Assembly: GCA_951406725.2 (NCBI GenBank)
Contig: OX597830.1
Coordinates: 21,514,001-21,578,000 of the forward strand
Reading direction: 5' to 3'
Length of the DNA: 64,000 nt
Origin: Octopus vulgaris
Taxonomy: Eukaryota
The notes below the pieces were generated by a model. It searched no databases. It saw nothing but the letters and a program-made list of their open reading frames with translations, and was not told where the DNA came from. How positions within the stretch are numbered: the stretch's first letter is position 1; the number at the start of each line of letters is the position of its first letter. A program made the position numbers and the translations under genes. Below, one piece after another: positions 1-12,936 of the stretch.

Positions 1-119
1 GTCTTCTACTATATCGCCTCGGGCTGACCGAAGTTTTGTGAGTGGATTTGGTAGACGGAAACTGAAAGAAGCTTGTTGTATATATATATATATATAGATA
101 TAGATATATATGTGTGTGT

Positions 120-189
<70 letters not shown>

Positions 190-625
190 ATATATATATG
201 TATGCATGTATTGTGTGTGTGTGTGTCTGTGTGTCTGTGTGTGTTCTTCCGCCGTCGCTTGATAACCGAGCTGTTGTGTTTATGTTCCCGTAACTTGCCG
301 GTTCGGCAAAAGAGACCGATAGACTAAGTACTAGGCTTACAAAGATTAAGTGATGAGGTCGATTTCTTCGTTAATCGACCACGGAAGGATGAAAGACAAG
401 GTTAAACTCGACGTGTTTCGAAATCAGAACGTAAAGACCCTATACAAATACTACAAAGCCTATTTATCCTGATGTTTAAACGATTCTACCAGATCGTCGT
501 CCTGCAGTTAATTTAACGATAGTTTAAGCTATGAAGAAAACAGATGAACGGATATTTAAGGCAGTGTTCCAGCATGGCCGCAGTCAAATGACTGAAACAA
601 GTAAAAGAATAACAGAATAAAAGAA
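1..625 (+). mobile_element. SINE family A (bipartite, internal microsatellite), cut by window edge; 3' tail separated by a family B fragment at ~372-503
   Basis: gtcttctactata..ggaaactgaaagaagc + TA/TG tract + cgcttgataaccg..cggttcggcaaaagagaccgatag; tail ccagcatggccgcagtcaaatgactgaaacaag at ~568-602 matches other A copies. Confidence 0.85.
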
Positions 626-705
626 TACTCTACGGAATCTATATAACACTGATCACCGATTCTCAAAATATTCAATTTCTTAGACGTAACATTTAATCTT
701 TAACG

Positions 706-1125
706 CAGTGTTTCTCAAACATTTTTTTTTTTTTACTTGTGGACCTCTTTGATTCGTATTTTATTCGGATGGATCCACATATCCATTCGATGTTTAAATA
801 ATCCGATTACACGAGAGGGTGCTGAAAAGCTTCCGGCTTTGAGGGTATCGCGAAAGGCCTGATTGGAGGCCCAAGCTTCCGAGTTCTTTTTACAGGGTTT
901 AGAAAAACTGAAGGACCGCTGCAATAAGTGCGTAAATCTGAGAGGAGGGCAATATGTCGAATAAAACCATAACTTTTCAGCGCTCCTTGTGCTTTTAGAA
1001 TTAAATATTAGAAATTGCATTTAAAAATTGTTAAAATATTTCGTGTATTTTAGAAATATAATCAATTTATGGAACATAAAATTTTAACCACAAAATCTTA
1101 TATAGGCCCCGGTTGAGAACTACTG
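706..1125. mobile_element. hAT (Charlie-like) MITE containing a nested mariner MITE
   Basis: Ends cagtgtttctcaaac / ggttgagaactactg are inverted; 8-bp flanks ctttaacg vs gtttgacg match 6/8. Confidence 0.7.
810..990 (+). mobile_element. Mariner-derived MITE
   Basis: TIRs acgagagggtgctgaaaag / cttttcagcgctccttgt; carries mariner transposase C-terminus-like GLEKLKDRCNKCVNLR..EYVE; homologues at 46774 and 50925. Confidence 0.8.
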
Positions 1126-1175
1126 GTTTGACGAAAGAGAAAGGAGTCAACTAAATATTAACCCTACCGTTTAAT

Positions 1176-1480
1176 GAGGCGCAATGGCCCAGTGGTTAGG
1201 GCAGCGGACTCGCGGTCGGAGGATCGCGGTTTCGATTCACAGACCGGGCGTAGTGTGTGTTTATTGAGCGAAAACACCTAAAAGCTCCACGAGACTCTGG
1301 CAGGGCGTGGTGGCGACCCCTGTTGTACTCTTTCGTCACAACTTTCTCTCACTCTCTCTTCCTGTTTCATGAGTAACGCTGCGATGGACTGGCGTCCCGT
1401 CCAGCTGGGTGGAATGCATACGCCACAGAAACCGGGAAACCGGGCCCATGAGCCTCGCTAAGCTTGAAAAGGGCGACGTT
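1176..1480 (+). mobile_element. tRNA-derived SINE family C
   Basis: A box tggcccagtgg, B box gtttcgattc; body gagcgaaaacacctaaaagctccac shared with 28611, 55224 and 57352. Confidence 0.85.
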
Positions 1481-2397
1481 TTTATCGTTATCGTTTGATA
1501 CTCTTTTTAAGTCATACTACCAACCGTCTTCTCTGTATTCTTAGAAAAATAATAAAATTACGTAAGAGAATCTTGGCTAAATCTTATGACGGAGCCTCAT
1601 TCAATAGAGTAAGAGTTACATAAAATATACACTGGCATCTTGCGTTTTCAGGAGAGCATTTACTATCTCAGACACACACAACCGACTACGAATAAATGCA
1701 AAAAAAATAATAAATGGAAAAATAAAAAGATAAAAGGAAAAGAAAACAAAAACAATGTAATTTAACTTCTCATATTTAATCAATGTTAACACCCTATCTG
1801 AAAAAAAATTCCAGCATCTTGCACTTCTGCCCCTAGGACACAATTATAATAAAATGTGTTTTAAAAAAACGAGAACTCATTCCAGATAAACTATTCAACA
1901 TTTAAAAGAAAAAAACACTTTGCTAACATGGCGCTGTCATCTATTAATAATAATTTTGCATTTAGTCACAGGGGCAACATTTTTTTGTACGTTTTTGTTT
2001 GTAGGCGGGTTGTTAGGAAGGAGTTATTCAATGTTATCGACCCCAGTATGCCTTTTACTGCATTCTTTGGACTAAGTTGTCTCTGCAAGGCATTAGACAT
2101 TTGTTAAAATGTTGATGTTTTGGAAAGACTATATTTTGTTGTCAGTATGACCCAAAACCATCGGGTGATTGCTTATTATTTAGTTGTGATACTTAAAGTA
2201 CAGAGAAGGGAACTACATGCAAAGAAAAGACTCAATATGAATTTTAAAAACAAAAATATAGTAAAAAGGAGCTCAAACTGTGTTTGTATAAATATGGATT
2301 GTTATTAATACCAAGATATTCATATTACACTTTGAAGTTTCGCCATAACGTGGTTCATCAGGTCATGAGGGTTAAGTTCTATATTTCCACCCTTAAT

Positions 2398-2597
2398 TAT
2401 TGGTTTCAAATTTTGGCACAAGAGCAGTAATTTCGGTGGAGGGGATGAGTCGATTATTGATATTTATTTTATCGACTCCGAAAGGATGAAAGGCAAAGTC
2501 TATCTCAGCGGAATTTGAACTCGGAACGTGAAGACGGATGAAATGCCCGTTAGCATCTTGCGCGGCGTGCTAACAATTCTGCCAGCTCACCGCCTTC
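2398..2597 (-). mobile_element. SINE family B (tRNA head plus Nin/Deu-like central domain)
   Basis: Minus strand aaggcggtgagctggcagaat..gagttcaaattccg..ctttgcctttcatcctttcggagtcgataaaataa; more than ten copies in the window. Confidence 0.85.
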
Positions 2598-2631
2598 ATT
2601 CCACCCTTTATATATTAAGATGATATATATA

Positions 2632-2750
<119 letters not shown>

Positions 2751-2892
2751 TTATTAATTTATTTATCTATTTATTTATTTATTTGATTGATTTTAATTCA
2801 ATGGCTATATTTCGAAATTTTAGAGACTGGTTGTCATTGACAACCCGTCTCTAATTATTCGTGTTATGGAGTAGTGTATTGTCACGGATTGA

Positions 2893-2930
<38 letters not shown>

Positions 2931-3319
2931 TTAACTATTTAAAATAAGATTTGACATATTTTAAACTACTATAAGAAGAAAATTTACGCTATTTTGTTTG
3001 TATATGCAATTTTTATGAAAAGAGAAAATATATTTTTATTGAAAGATCGCTCTACATTTTATAGTTTTATGAATATTTCCAAATGTTTCAATAATTTAAG
3101 ATTCAGTGAGTGGAACATTGTCGTATTTTCGTTTATGTGGGCGAGAAGATATTAATTCTGTGTTTATTTTGTGCGTTTTTTTTTTATTGTACTTTAAAAT
3201 CAAGATTTAATGTAGATAAGACTGTTATTTTATAATAAGTGAAGCTATTTATATATGTATATATGTATGTATGTACGTCGATGCGTATGTATGAATGCAT
3301 ACATACATGCATGTATTCT

Positions 3320-3832
3320 TGTTCTGTTCTGTATTTAATTATTTAAACTCTTCCCCTGAAGAAGGAGCTGGTTTCTAACAAAGACAGAAAGCTCCATCAT
3401 TGAAATGTAGATAACGAAAACGATGTCATATGTCTTGCATATTTTTACTGTTTCACTTACATATTGTATTTGTAATGTGCGAGTCAGTTGGTTGATTTCT
3501 TTTCTTGAAAAGCCAAGCTTATCCGCACTGTCAATTAGGCATTTACTCACAAAACGAAAAACACCAGATATTATTCGTGCAGTATATTTGCCACTTAAAT
3601 GTGGCTAACGCTTAAGGGTTGATGCTACTGTAGCTTGTAGCTCCAGGAAGACATCTCCTCCAGCTGGCTATTGACACACTCACTGTGCCTTATCAGTATT
3701 AGCAAAGGGAAGTCATCGTTCCCATCTCCAACCTGACGTAATACACACGGACCTGAGTTTCTGGATAATTGACCCGTCATCAGCGTTATCAGCGACTACT
3801 GTTTATACCTTGCTCGGAGATTTATTATTACC
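3320..3832 (-). mobile_element. Bipartite RLE-LINE derivative: hammerhead-bearing leader fused to ORF C-terminus and 3' UTR
   Basis: Minus peptide VSKCLIDSADKLGFSRKEINQLTRTLQIQYVSETVKICKT is homologous to 11090-11310; 3580-3830 is homologous to 10500-10906. Confidence 0.7.
3744..3788 (-). ncRNA. Type I hammerhead ribozyme candidate
   Basis: acg-CTGATGA-c-GGGT-caatt-ATCC-a-GAAAC-tcag-GTC-cgt: complete core, stems I-III, GUC site. Confidence 0.7.
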
Positions 3833-3910
3833 AATTATTATTGCTATAAATGTAAATTTCTCATCTGGATATAGAAGCTAAATGTTTCGAAGCAGTTGTC
3901 CATAGTTACT

Positions 3911-3993
3911 CTATGTATGTATGTATGTATGTATGTATGTATGTATGTATGTATGTATGTATGTATGTATGTATGTATGTATGTATGTATGTA

Positions 3994-4024
<31 letters not shown>

Positions 4025-4200
4025 GTGTGTATGTATGTATGTATGTATGTATGTATGTATGTATGTATGTATGTATGTATGTGTGTATGTATGTATGTAT
4101 GTATGTATGTATGTATGTGTGTGTGTGTATATATGTGTGTGTGTGTATGTATGTATGTATGTATGTATGTATGCGTTTGTAGATATGTATGTATATGTTT
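3911..4200. repeat. (TATG)n/(TG)n microsatellite, representative of the many simple repeats across the window
   Basis: Direct reading; similar TA, CA, GATA, TAC, TAA, GAT and GGT tracts occupy much of the window. Confidence 0.98.
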
Positions 4201-4435
4201 ATATTATAAAAATTTAGAACCTTCGAGAGTCATGAAACAAATTATTTAACGGAGGAAATCAGTGTTTAGACTGTTAGGTTAAAGAACCCCTTGGCTGCAA
4301 ATAGTTGAAGGCTACCCGAGTGATGTGAACCCACATTTTTTGTAAGCATGACCTGTTTACTCAACATTCTACACGCTCTTATTTATAGTTCTTTCATCTT
4401 GAAGATTGAAAGATATACGGGTAGAATGATAGATC

Positions 4436-4484
<49 letters not shown>

Positions 4485-4598
4485 GAGACAGAAAGAGAGA
4501 CAGTTAGATATAGACAGAGATAGCTAGTTAGCAAGCTAGGTAGATAAATTTAAGAATGAGAAACAGATAGATGTATCGATAGATAAATAGATAGATGG

Positions 4599-4669
<71 letters not shown>

Positions 4670-4995
4670 AGAGAGAGAGAGAGAGAAAGTGAGAGGCAGA
4701 CAGACAGACAGATAGGTAAATAGACACAGAGATATATAGATAGCTTGACATAGATTTGTAGATAGATAGATTTATAGCTAGATGAATTTACATATACATA
4801 CATACATACATACATACATACATACATACATACATACATACATACATACACACGTATATAGATGTCCAGTCTAATCTTACAGATACATGAAAGTAACAGA
4901 TGACAAACATAAAGTTGTCCAGTCAGATGTCGCTCCAGATTAATTAAAAAATGCTTCAGCACTAATTTCATTATTTATCCATTGAACTGAACATA

Positions 4996-5030
<35 letters not shown>

Positions 5031-5483
5031 AGTCAACAGCATCATCAATAACAATTAGAACAACAGCAACAACAAAAACAATAACAACAACACTTATCTC
5101 TTGATTAGTTTCATAATTTTCCAAAACGATGCTCTTCAAAGAGATTTAAAAATAGCCATAGCATAAAACAAACACCAACAACAGCAACAACAATAACGGG
5201 CAGCGCCACGACTGCCACAACAACAGCAACAACAATACGTACATACATACATGCATACATACATACATACATACATACATACATACATACATACATACAT
5301 ACATACATACATACATAAATACATACATATAGAGGAAATTACTGATACTGCGAATAGATCATCGCGATCATCATCAGCATCCACGCCATCATCTCTATAA
5401 ACTCCACCGCCGCAACAATAGCAACGGCAACCAAACAAAATCACTCTACTACTACTACTACTACTACTACCAACACCACCACC

Positions 5484-5525
<42 letters not shown>

Positions 5526-5981
5526 GCAGCTGCTACTGTTGCTTTTACTGCTGCTGCTGCTCCTCCTCCACCTCCTCCTCCTCCTCCTCCTCCTCCTACT
5601 ACTACTACTACTACTACCACGACTACTACTATTAATAATAATAATAATAGTAATAGTAATAATAATAACAATAATAATAATAATGAGGAGGAGGAGGAGG
5701 AATTGTCCCTAGCGTCACCACTATCATAGTCAGCGATTCCGTCATCGCTATAAATGTCTTTACTACAACAATAACACTGCAACTACCATACCTATTAGCA
5801 CGACACTACCACTAACGCCACCACCTACACCACCACTACCACCATCATCATCATCCCCACCGCCAACGTGAACAACAGAAACAACAACACGCAAAACAGC
5901 ACAAACAAAAAAGCTACTAATACCAATAAATCACCACCATCAACATCACCATCATCAACTTCGCGAATTCACAACTACAAA

Positions 5982-6043
<62 letters not shown>

Positions 6044-6172
6044 TTACTACTACTACTACTTCTACTACTACTACTTCTCCTTCTCCTCCCCCTCCTCCTC
6101 CTCCTCTTCCTCCTCCTCCTCCTCCTCCTCCTCCTACTACTACTACTCCTACTACTACTACTACTACTACTG

Positions 6173-6213
<41 letters not shown>

Positions 6214-6506
6214 GCTGCTACGACTACAACAACTACTACAGCGATATAACATCAAAAAACAAAAATTAAGAACAACACCAAATCAAACCGTTAAAACTTC
6301 TTTTCCTTTCTTTATTGTTTCGTCAAAAAGGAAAACAGATATTGTAGACCCGTTGTAGGGGACCCCTTGACTGAATGAACAGATGTGGAAAAGATGTCTT
6401 TAATCCAGTCACCTAACTAGAACGCTTGCCAGTCTCGCAGTTAATAACTGCAGCAAGTTTTGCAAAAAACTAAAATGCTTTCAATGCATGTGTTAACCCC
6501 AATCTT

Positions 6507-6667
6507 AGGCGTAGGAGTGGCTGTGTGGTAAGTAGCTTGCTTACCAAGCATACGGTTCCGGGTTCAGTCTTTTTGCATGGCACCTTGGGTAAATGTCTTC
6601 TATTACAGTCTCGAGCCGACCAAAGCCTTGTGAGTGGATTTGATAGACGGAAACCGAAAGAAACTCG

Positions 6668-6732
<65 letters not shown>

Positions 6733-6950
6733 GTGTGTGTGTGTGTATGTTTGTGTCTATGTTTGTCCCCCCAACATTGCTTGACAACAGATGCTGCTCT
6801 GTTTACGTCCCCGTAACTTAGCGGTTCGGCAAAAGAAGATCGATAGAATAAGTACTAGGCTTACAAAGAATAAGTCCTGGGGTCGATTTGCTCGACTAAA
6901 GGCGGTGCTCCAGCATGGCCGCAGTCAAAAGACTGAAACAAGTAAAGAGA
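6507..6950 (+). mobile_element. SINE family A, full length
   Basis: A box tggctgtgtgg, B box ggttcagtc; internal (TA)(TG) tract 6668-6750; conserved 3' half ending gaaacaagtaaagag. Confidence 0.9.
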
Positions 6951-7262
6951 GAGTCCTTCCAACATTTGCTTCCGTGCTGCCCTCTCCCCCGCCCCCGTAA
7001 GTAAGAGAGTTGCAAAACCAGCAATACTTTAATCTTTATCTTTAATCTTTTATCTTTCACTTGCTTCAGTCATTAGTCTGGGGCACCTCCTTGAACGGTT
7101 TTAGTCGAACAGTACGATCGTAATGCCTATTCATCTTAAGTCTGACACTTATTCTATCGGTCATTATAGCCAAACCGCTAAGTGTTCAGTCGGAAGGCAT
7201 GTAGAGTAAAACGGGATTACTTTCATTTAGCATAACAGATTTAATAGCGAAGAAAAGTATGC

Positions 7263-7318
<56 letters not shown>

Positions 7319-7333
7319 GTGCGTATTTATATA

Positions 7334-7495
7334 AGCGCAGGAGTGGCTGTGTAGTAAGAAACTTGCTTCCCAACCACATGGTTCCGAGTTCAGTCTAACT
7401 GCGTGGCACCTTGGACAAGACTCTTCTACTATAGCCTCGGGCTGACCAAAACCTTGTGAGTGAATTTTGCAGACGGAAACTGAAAGGCGCCCGTC

Positions 7496-7568
<73 letters not shown>

Positions 7569-7815
7569 CATATATATATATATGTATATATATGTATACA
7601 TATATGTATGTATGTATTTGTGAGTGTGTGTTTATTCCCACCACTATCGCTTGACAACTGATGTTAGTGTGTTTACGTCCCTGTGACTTGGCGGTTTGGC
7701 CAAAGTGATCGATAGAATAAGTAGTATGCTTACAAAGAGTAAGCCCTGGGGGTCGATTTGTTCGACTCAAGGCGGTGTTCCAACATGGCTGAGGTCAAAT
7801 GAAACAAGTAAAAGA
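7334..7815 (+). mobile_element. SINE family A, full length
   Basis: Same head, internal microsatellite and tail as 6507. Confidence 0.9.
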
Positions 7816-8016
7816 AACGAATAAACAATAAACAAGAAATGTTTTTCCTCTACTCAGCGTTGCATTAAATAATGAATTTTTTGAAAAACCATAATAAATG
7901 CATAATCAAACGAGAAACAGACACAAGGTTGCCAATTACTCATCAGTGATCGGGCCAGCAGGTCAGTCGCAATTATACGTTTCAGCCCTAAGGCTGTGGC
8001 CATGCTGGATCACTGC

Positions 8017-8290
<274 letters not shown>

Positions 8291-8449
8291 ATATATAAAG
8301 GTTTTGCAAGTTCTTCTAAATCCATTGCAATGATGGAAACCCTTCCAAATAACAATACACATACACACATAAATACACATATGTATAAATAAGCGTATAT
8401 GCTTAAGTATATATCTATATATGTACCTTTGTGTGTATGTGCGTAAATT

Positions 8450-8492
<43 letters not shown>

Positions 8493-8834
8493 GTGCGTGC
8501 ACGAGTGAGTGGACAAAGAAAAAAGAAAGGTACTCAAAACATTTAATAAGAGTTATGTTTATTATTGTTTAAAACCCTTTGGTTCAACACCAACACCCCA
8601 CACCACCACACCACACCACACCACATCACATCACACCACCACGCGCCCTAGCACTGACCACTTCCCAGCACCCACACCATCATTCACACACCTACACATG
8701 CACAAACGCACACATCAAGATCACCAACCCTCTTTCAAACGCACATACATGCTCTGTTACACACACGCACACGCACCTTCGTTTTGGGATCACCACTACT
8801 TTATTATCTCCCCTTCTTCCTAGCTCTCCTGTAT

Positions 8835-8970
8835 GACCCCTCTATCCAGTATTCGCCATGATAGATCGCTAGCCACTACACATTCTTTATTTTCTCTCCC
8901 TGTTTCTTTCTGTGTTCCTTTCTATGGAAGAGCGTAGACTCGAAACGTTAAAGACTTTTTCACTTTCCAA
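8835..8970 (+). mobile_element. Family K Penelope-like 3' fragment with degenerate hammerhead
   Basis: ccttt-CTATGGAA-gagc-gtag-actc-GAAA-cg-TT-aaaga, homologous to 33498-33535. Confidence 0.55.
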
Positions 8971-9509
8971 GCGCGCGTTTGTACGTGCGTGTGTGTGCGT
9001 ATCTACCAATATGCTTTCCTCTGTGTGTGTGTGTGTGTGTGTAAAAGTCAGCATGTGTGATATTGATTTGATATTTCTAATCTCTACACATTGCTCATTG
9101 CTACACCTTCATGTGATACGCATGTGTGAAAGAGTGTGTATGTATGTGTGTATATATGTGACTCTATATATGAAAGCCTGAACATGCGTCTGTGCATGTG
9201 TGTATCCGTGTATGTGCGTGTATAGCCGTGTGTGTACATCTATGCGTGTAAGAGTTAGCATGTATCAATATTGATTTCATAGTACTATTATTTGCACATG
9301 TACTGATAACTATAAATTTATGAATATATACATACGTTTAGAGAGGAACATAAACCCCATTACATAAACGACTATACACTCGTGAATATATTTATTTATG
9401 AGGATATTGACATGTGGATACATGGATATACATGCTTATGTTTCTAAATATACACTCACAAAATAAATTGCGCGGAGTGTCTGTACGAGCATGTACATGT
9501 TCTTTTAGT

Positions 9510-9611
9510 GTTATTCTATCGGTCTTTTAGGCGGAACTGCTAAGCTACGGGGACGTAAACACACCAACACAGATTGTCAAGCGGTGACGGGGAGACAAGC
9601 ACAGACACAAA

Positions 9612-9667
<56 letters not shown>

Positions 9668-10106
9668 TATATGTATATGTTTATTTATATATATATATAT
9701 TATATATATATATTTTATATATATATATATTAATCAGCCGAAATTGCGACGATGATCCGGTTCTTGACTGAAGATAAAAGGCTTCGAATGACCTATCCGG
9801 TTTTTTTTTCTATCGTCTATCTGGATGTTTTGCTGTCCCTTTTTGTATCACCTAGTTGTCCGGATGTTTTGCGTTCTTGTCCCATTTTGTATTACAGGGA
9901 AAAATCAGATTTAGGATTAAATCCAATTTTATAGTAAAATATATTATATTATATTATATTAAATTAGAGATAAAACCACTATTAGGCAAATCAAACAATG
10001 AAAAATATAAGCCAATACATAAAATTAATTAATTTATATTATTTTAAATATATATCAAAAGTATTAAAAGTTTAATAAACGATAAAGAGTAAAACACTAC
10101 GATCGC

Positions 10107-10153
<47 letters not shown>

Positions 10154-10345
10154 CGGCGTTCTCGTATATGTAAGTATATATATATACGACGGGCTTCTTT
10201 CAGTTTCCATTTACCAAATCCACTCACAAAGCTTTGGTCGGCTTGAGGCAATAGAAGGAGACACTTGCCCAAAGTACCACGCAGTGGGACTGTACCTGGA
10301 ACCATGTGGGTGGGAAGCAACCTTCTTACCACACAGCCACGCCTG
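9510..10345 (-). mobile_element. SINE family A whose internal microsatellite contains other element fragments (9720-10107)
   Basis: 3' half at 9510-9612 and 5' half at 10185-10345 in the same orientation; family J fragment 9890-10107 lies between. Confidence 0.8.
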
Positions 10346-10362
10346 CATATATATATACATAC

Positions 10363-10492
<130 letters not shown>

Positions 10493-10643
10493 CGGTGCTC
10501 CAGAGCGGTAACTGTTTACATCTCGTTTAGAGATTTATTATTGCTTTCAGACAGTTTTTCGAAATCAGTGACAGTGGTTACTGGGAAAAACATTAAATAG
10601 ATATTCGCAAACAGGTCTCTCCTCATCGAAAACCGGTGATTAC

Positions 10644-10689
10644 CGTACGTTGACAAGAGGCAAAAAACCTCGAAACTGCAGTCCGTGCG
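10644..10689 (+). ncRNA. Type I hammerhead ribozyme candidate, U3-A8 core variant
   Basis: cgtacg-TTGACAA-GAGG-caaaaaa-CCTC-GAAAC-tgca-GTC-cgtgcg: 6-bp stem I (one G-U), 4-bp stem II, palindromic loop III. Confidence 0.7.
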
Positions 10690-10914
10690 TATCACTTAGG
10701 TTTACGAGAGAGGGATGACCTCCCTTTGCAAATACCATAAGGGCACAGAAAGTGTGCCTAAAGCCAGCTGGAGACGATGATCTCCTGGGGCTAAAAAGCT
10801 ACAGTAACACCCAACCTTAGTGGTTAGCCATATTCAGATGGCTAGTATACTTTACGTTGTCGAGCGGTTACTGTTTACATCTCGTTGAAAGATTTATTGT
10901 TGCTTATAATATAT

Positions 10915-11320
10915 ATCTGTCGTTATTCAGTTATTTCAAGATTTCTTGCCAATAGAGAAAGAGCCGGTTTCTAACCTAGATCCAAGGATCCTTCATTGGA
11001 ATTACAACATCAACACGGTATTTTTGCGTGTATATATGTATATGTGCAGAATTGTGTTTTGGTTTATGTATGTATTCTCAGGAATATAGTTGCATGTCTA
11101 GACATGCTCGTATATATTTAAATGATAAATTTCTGGAAATTTTTACAGAATTTTACTGTTCATGTGATGGCTTGGATCTGTAGCCTTCGAATCAGCTTTC
11201 TCCCTTCATGTTCTGAGAAGCCTAATTTCTCAAGATTGATACTTAGGCAGTGTGTTAGATATCCCAGTGTCCCAATAAGTACAGGTATAAACCTGAACTT
11301 GTAATTTTGGTTGAGTAACT
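10915..11320 (-). mobile_element. RLE non-LTR retrotransposon 3' end (degraded)
   Basis: Minus peptide YKFRFIPVLIGTLGYLTHCLSINLEKLGFSEHEGRKLIRRLQIQAI (IPxxIGxLG motif of RLE C-termini); 3' UTR also at 57120-57225. Confidence 0.75.
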
Positions 11321-11363
11321 CTACCAAAGAAAGAAAAAAAATAAAGAAAGCTAGCTAGCTAGG

Positions 11364-11439
<76 letters not shown>

Positions 11440-11524
11440 CAGACAGAGAGACAGACAGACAGGCAGACAGACAACAGAGACGAGCAGACAGACAGACAGA
11501 CAGACAGATAGCTAGCTAGCTAGC

Positions 11525-11728
<204 letters not shown>

Positions 11729-11789
11729 CTGATTGATTGATGGACTGAGGGAGAGCGAGAGATTTAGATAGATATAGTGATAGGTGGAT

Positions 11790-11820
<31 letters not shown>

Positions 11821-12497
11821 TACATACATACATACATACATACATACATACATACATACATACATACATACATACATACACACGTATATGCTTCTACCGT
11901 GTGTTTGTAGCCGTGCGGACTGCGGTGAGCAGAGATGAATATAGACGCGAGTGGGAGTGCGCGCCCGTGTGCCTGTACGTGAATATGGCCGTTCATGGGT
12001 GTGGGTAGATATGTGTATAGACCTTTATGTTTCTACACCCCTATCAACATCCTGGCTTATATATTTTACCTTAAGGGACTCGGCATACATCCTGTCCTGT
12101 AAAGGTCGACAACAATTTTATAACATGGCGGTGACGATAATTAGCTTCATCATTAATAACGCATGTGTGAGTGTGTGTGTGTGTGTGTATATAAATGTGT
12201 GTGCGTGTATGTGTATGTTTGCTTGTATATGTATGTATGTGTGTATTTGTGCTTGTGCGTCTGTATGTACACTTGAACGCATACATACACCCCGAATACA
12301 TGTATATATACTTATACATGCTTGTATGAACGTTTCTATATTAATGAGTGTATGTGTGTATGTATATGTGTACGTATATACATGTGTATGAGCACCTGTG
12401 TATATATATATATGTATATATTTGTATATATATACACATGTACATATATATATGTATATATATATTTACGCACACACATATATATGTATATATATAT

Positions 12498-12540
<43 letters not shown>

Positions 12541-12779
12541 AATATATATGCACACACATATACATGCACACACACAAGCACACACTCACACATACACATA
12601 TATAGATATAGAGACACATATGCATACATGCATAAATACATAGGCGCTTGTGTGTGAATGTGGAAGGGTAATGAGGGCGATTTGCTTAAACAAAGGCAAT
12701 AAATTTCACAGGGGGGAAGCGAAGTGAAGGGTTAGCAAATACACCTAGCCATGCACACACACACACACACACTTACACA

Positions 12780-12810
<31 letters not shown>

Positions 12811-12894
12811 TCATACACACACTCACACACACACACACACTCACACATACACGGCCACACAGTCACACGCCACTACACACGCACACACACACAC

Positions 12895-12936
<42 letters not shown>

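Noticed and set aside
1176-1250. tRNA gene-like sequences (also 23155-23228, 41655-41730, 50540-50597)
   Set aside because: A/B boxes run into repeat bodies and lack a proper acceptor stem and terminator; they are SINE heads
7900-7955. CTGATGA on the minus strand as a hammerhead (also 52700-52740, 33250-33272, 31261)
   Set aside because: No correctly placed GAAA/stem III/UH, or stem II too short
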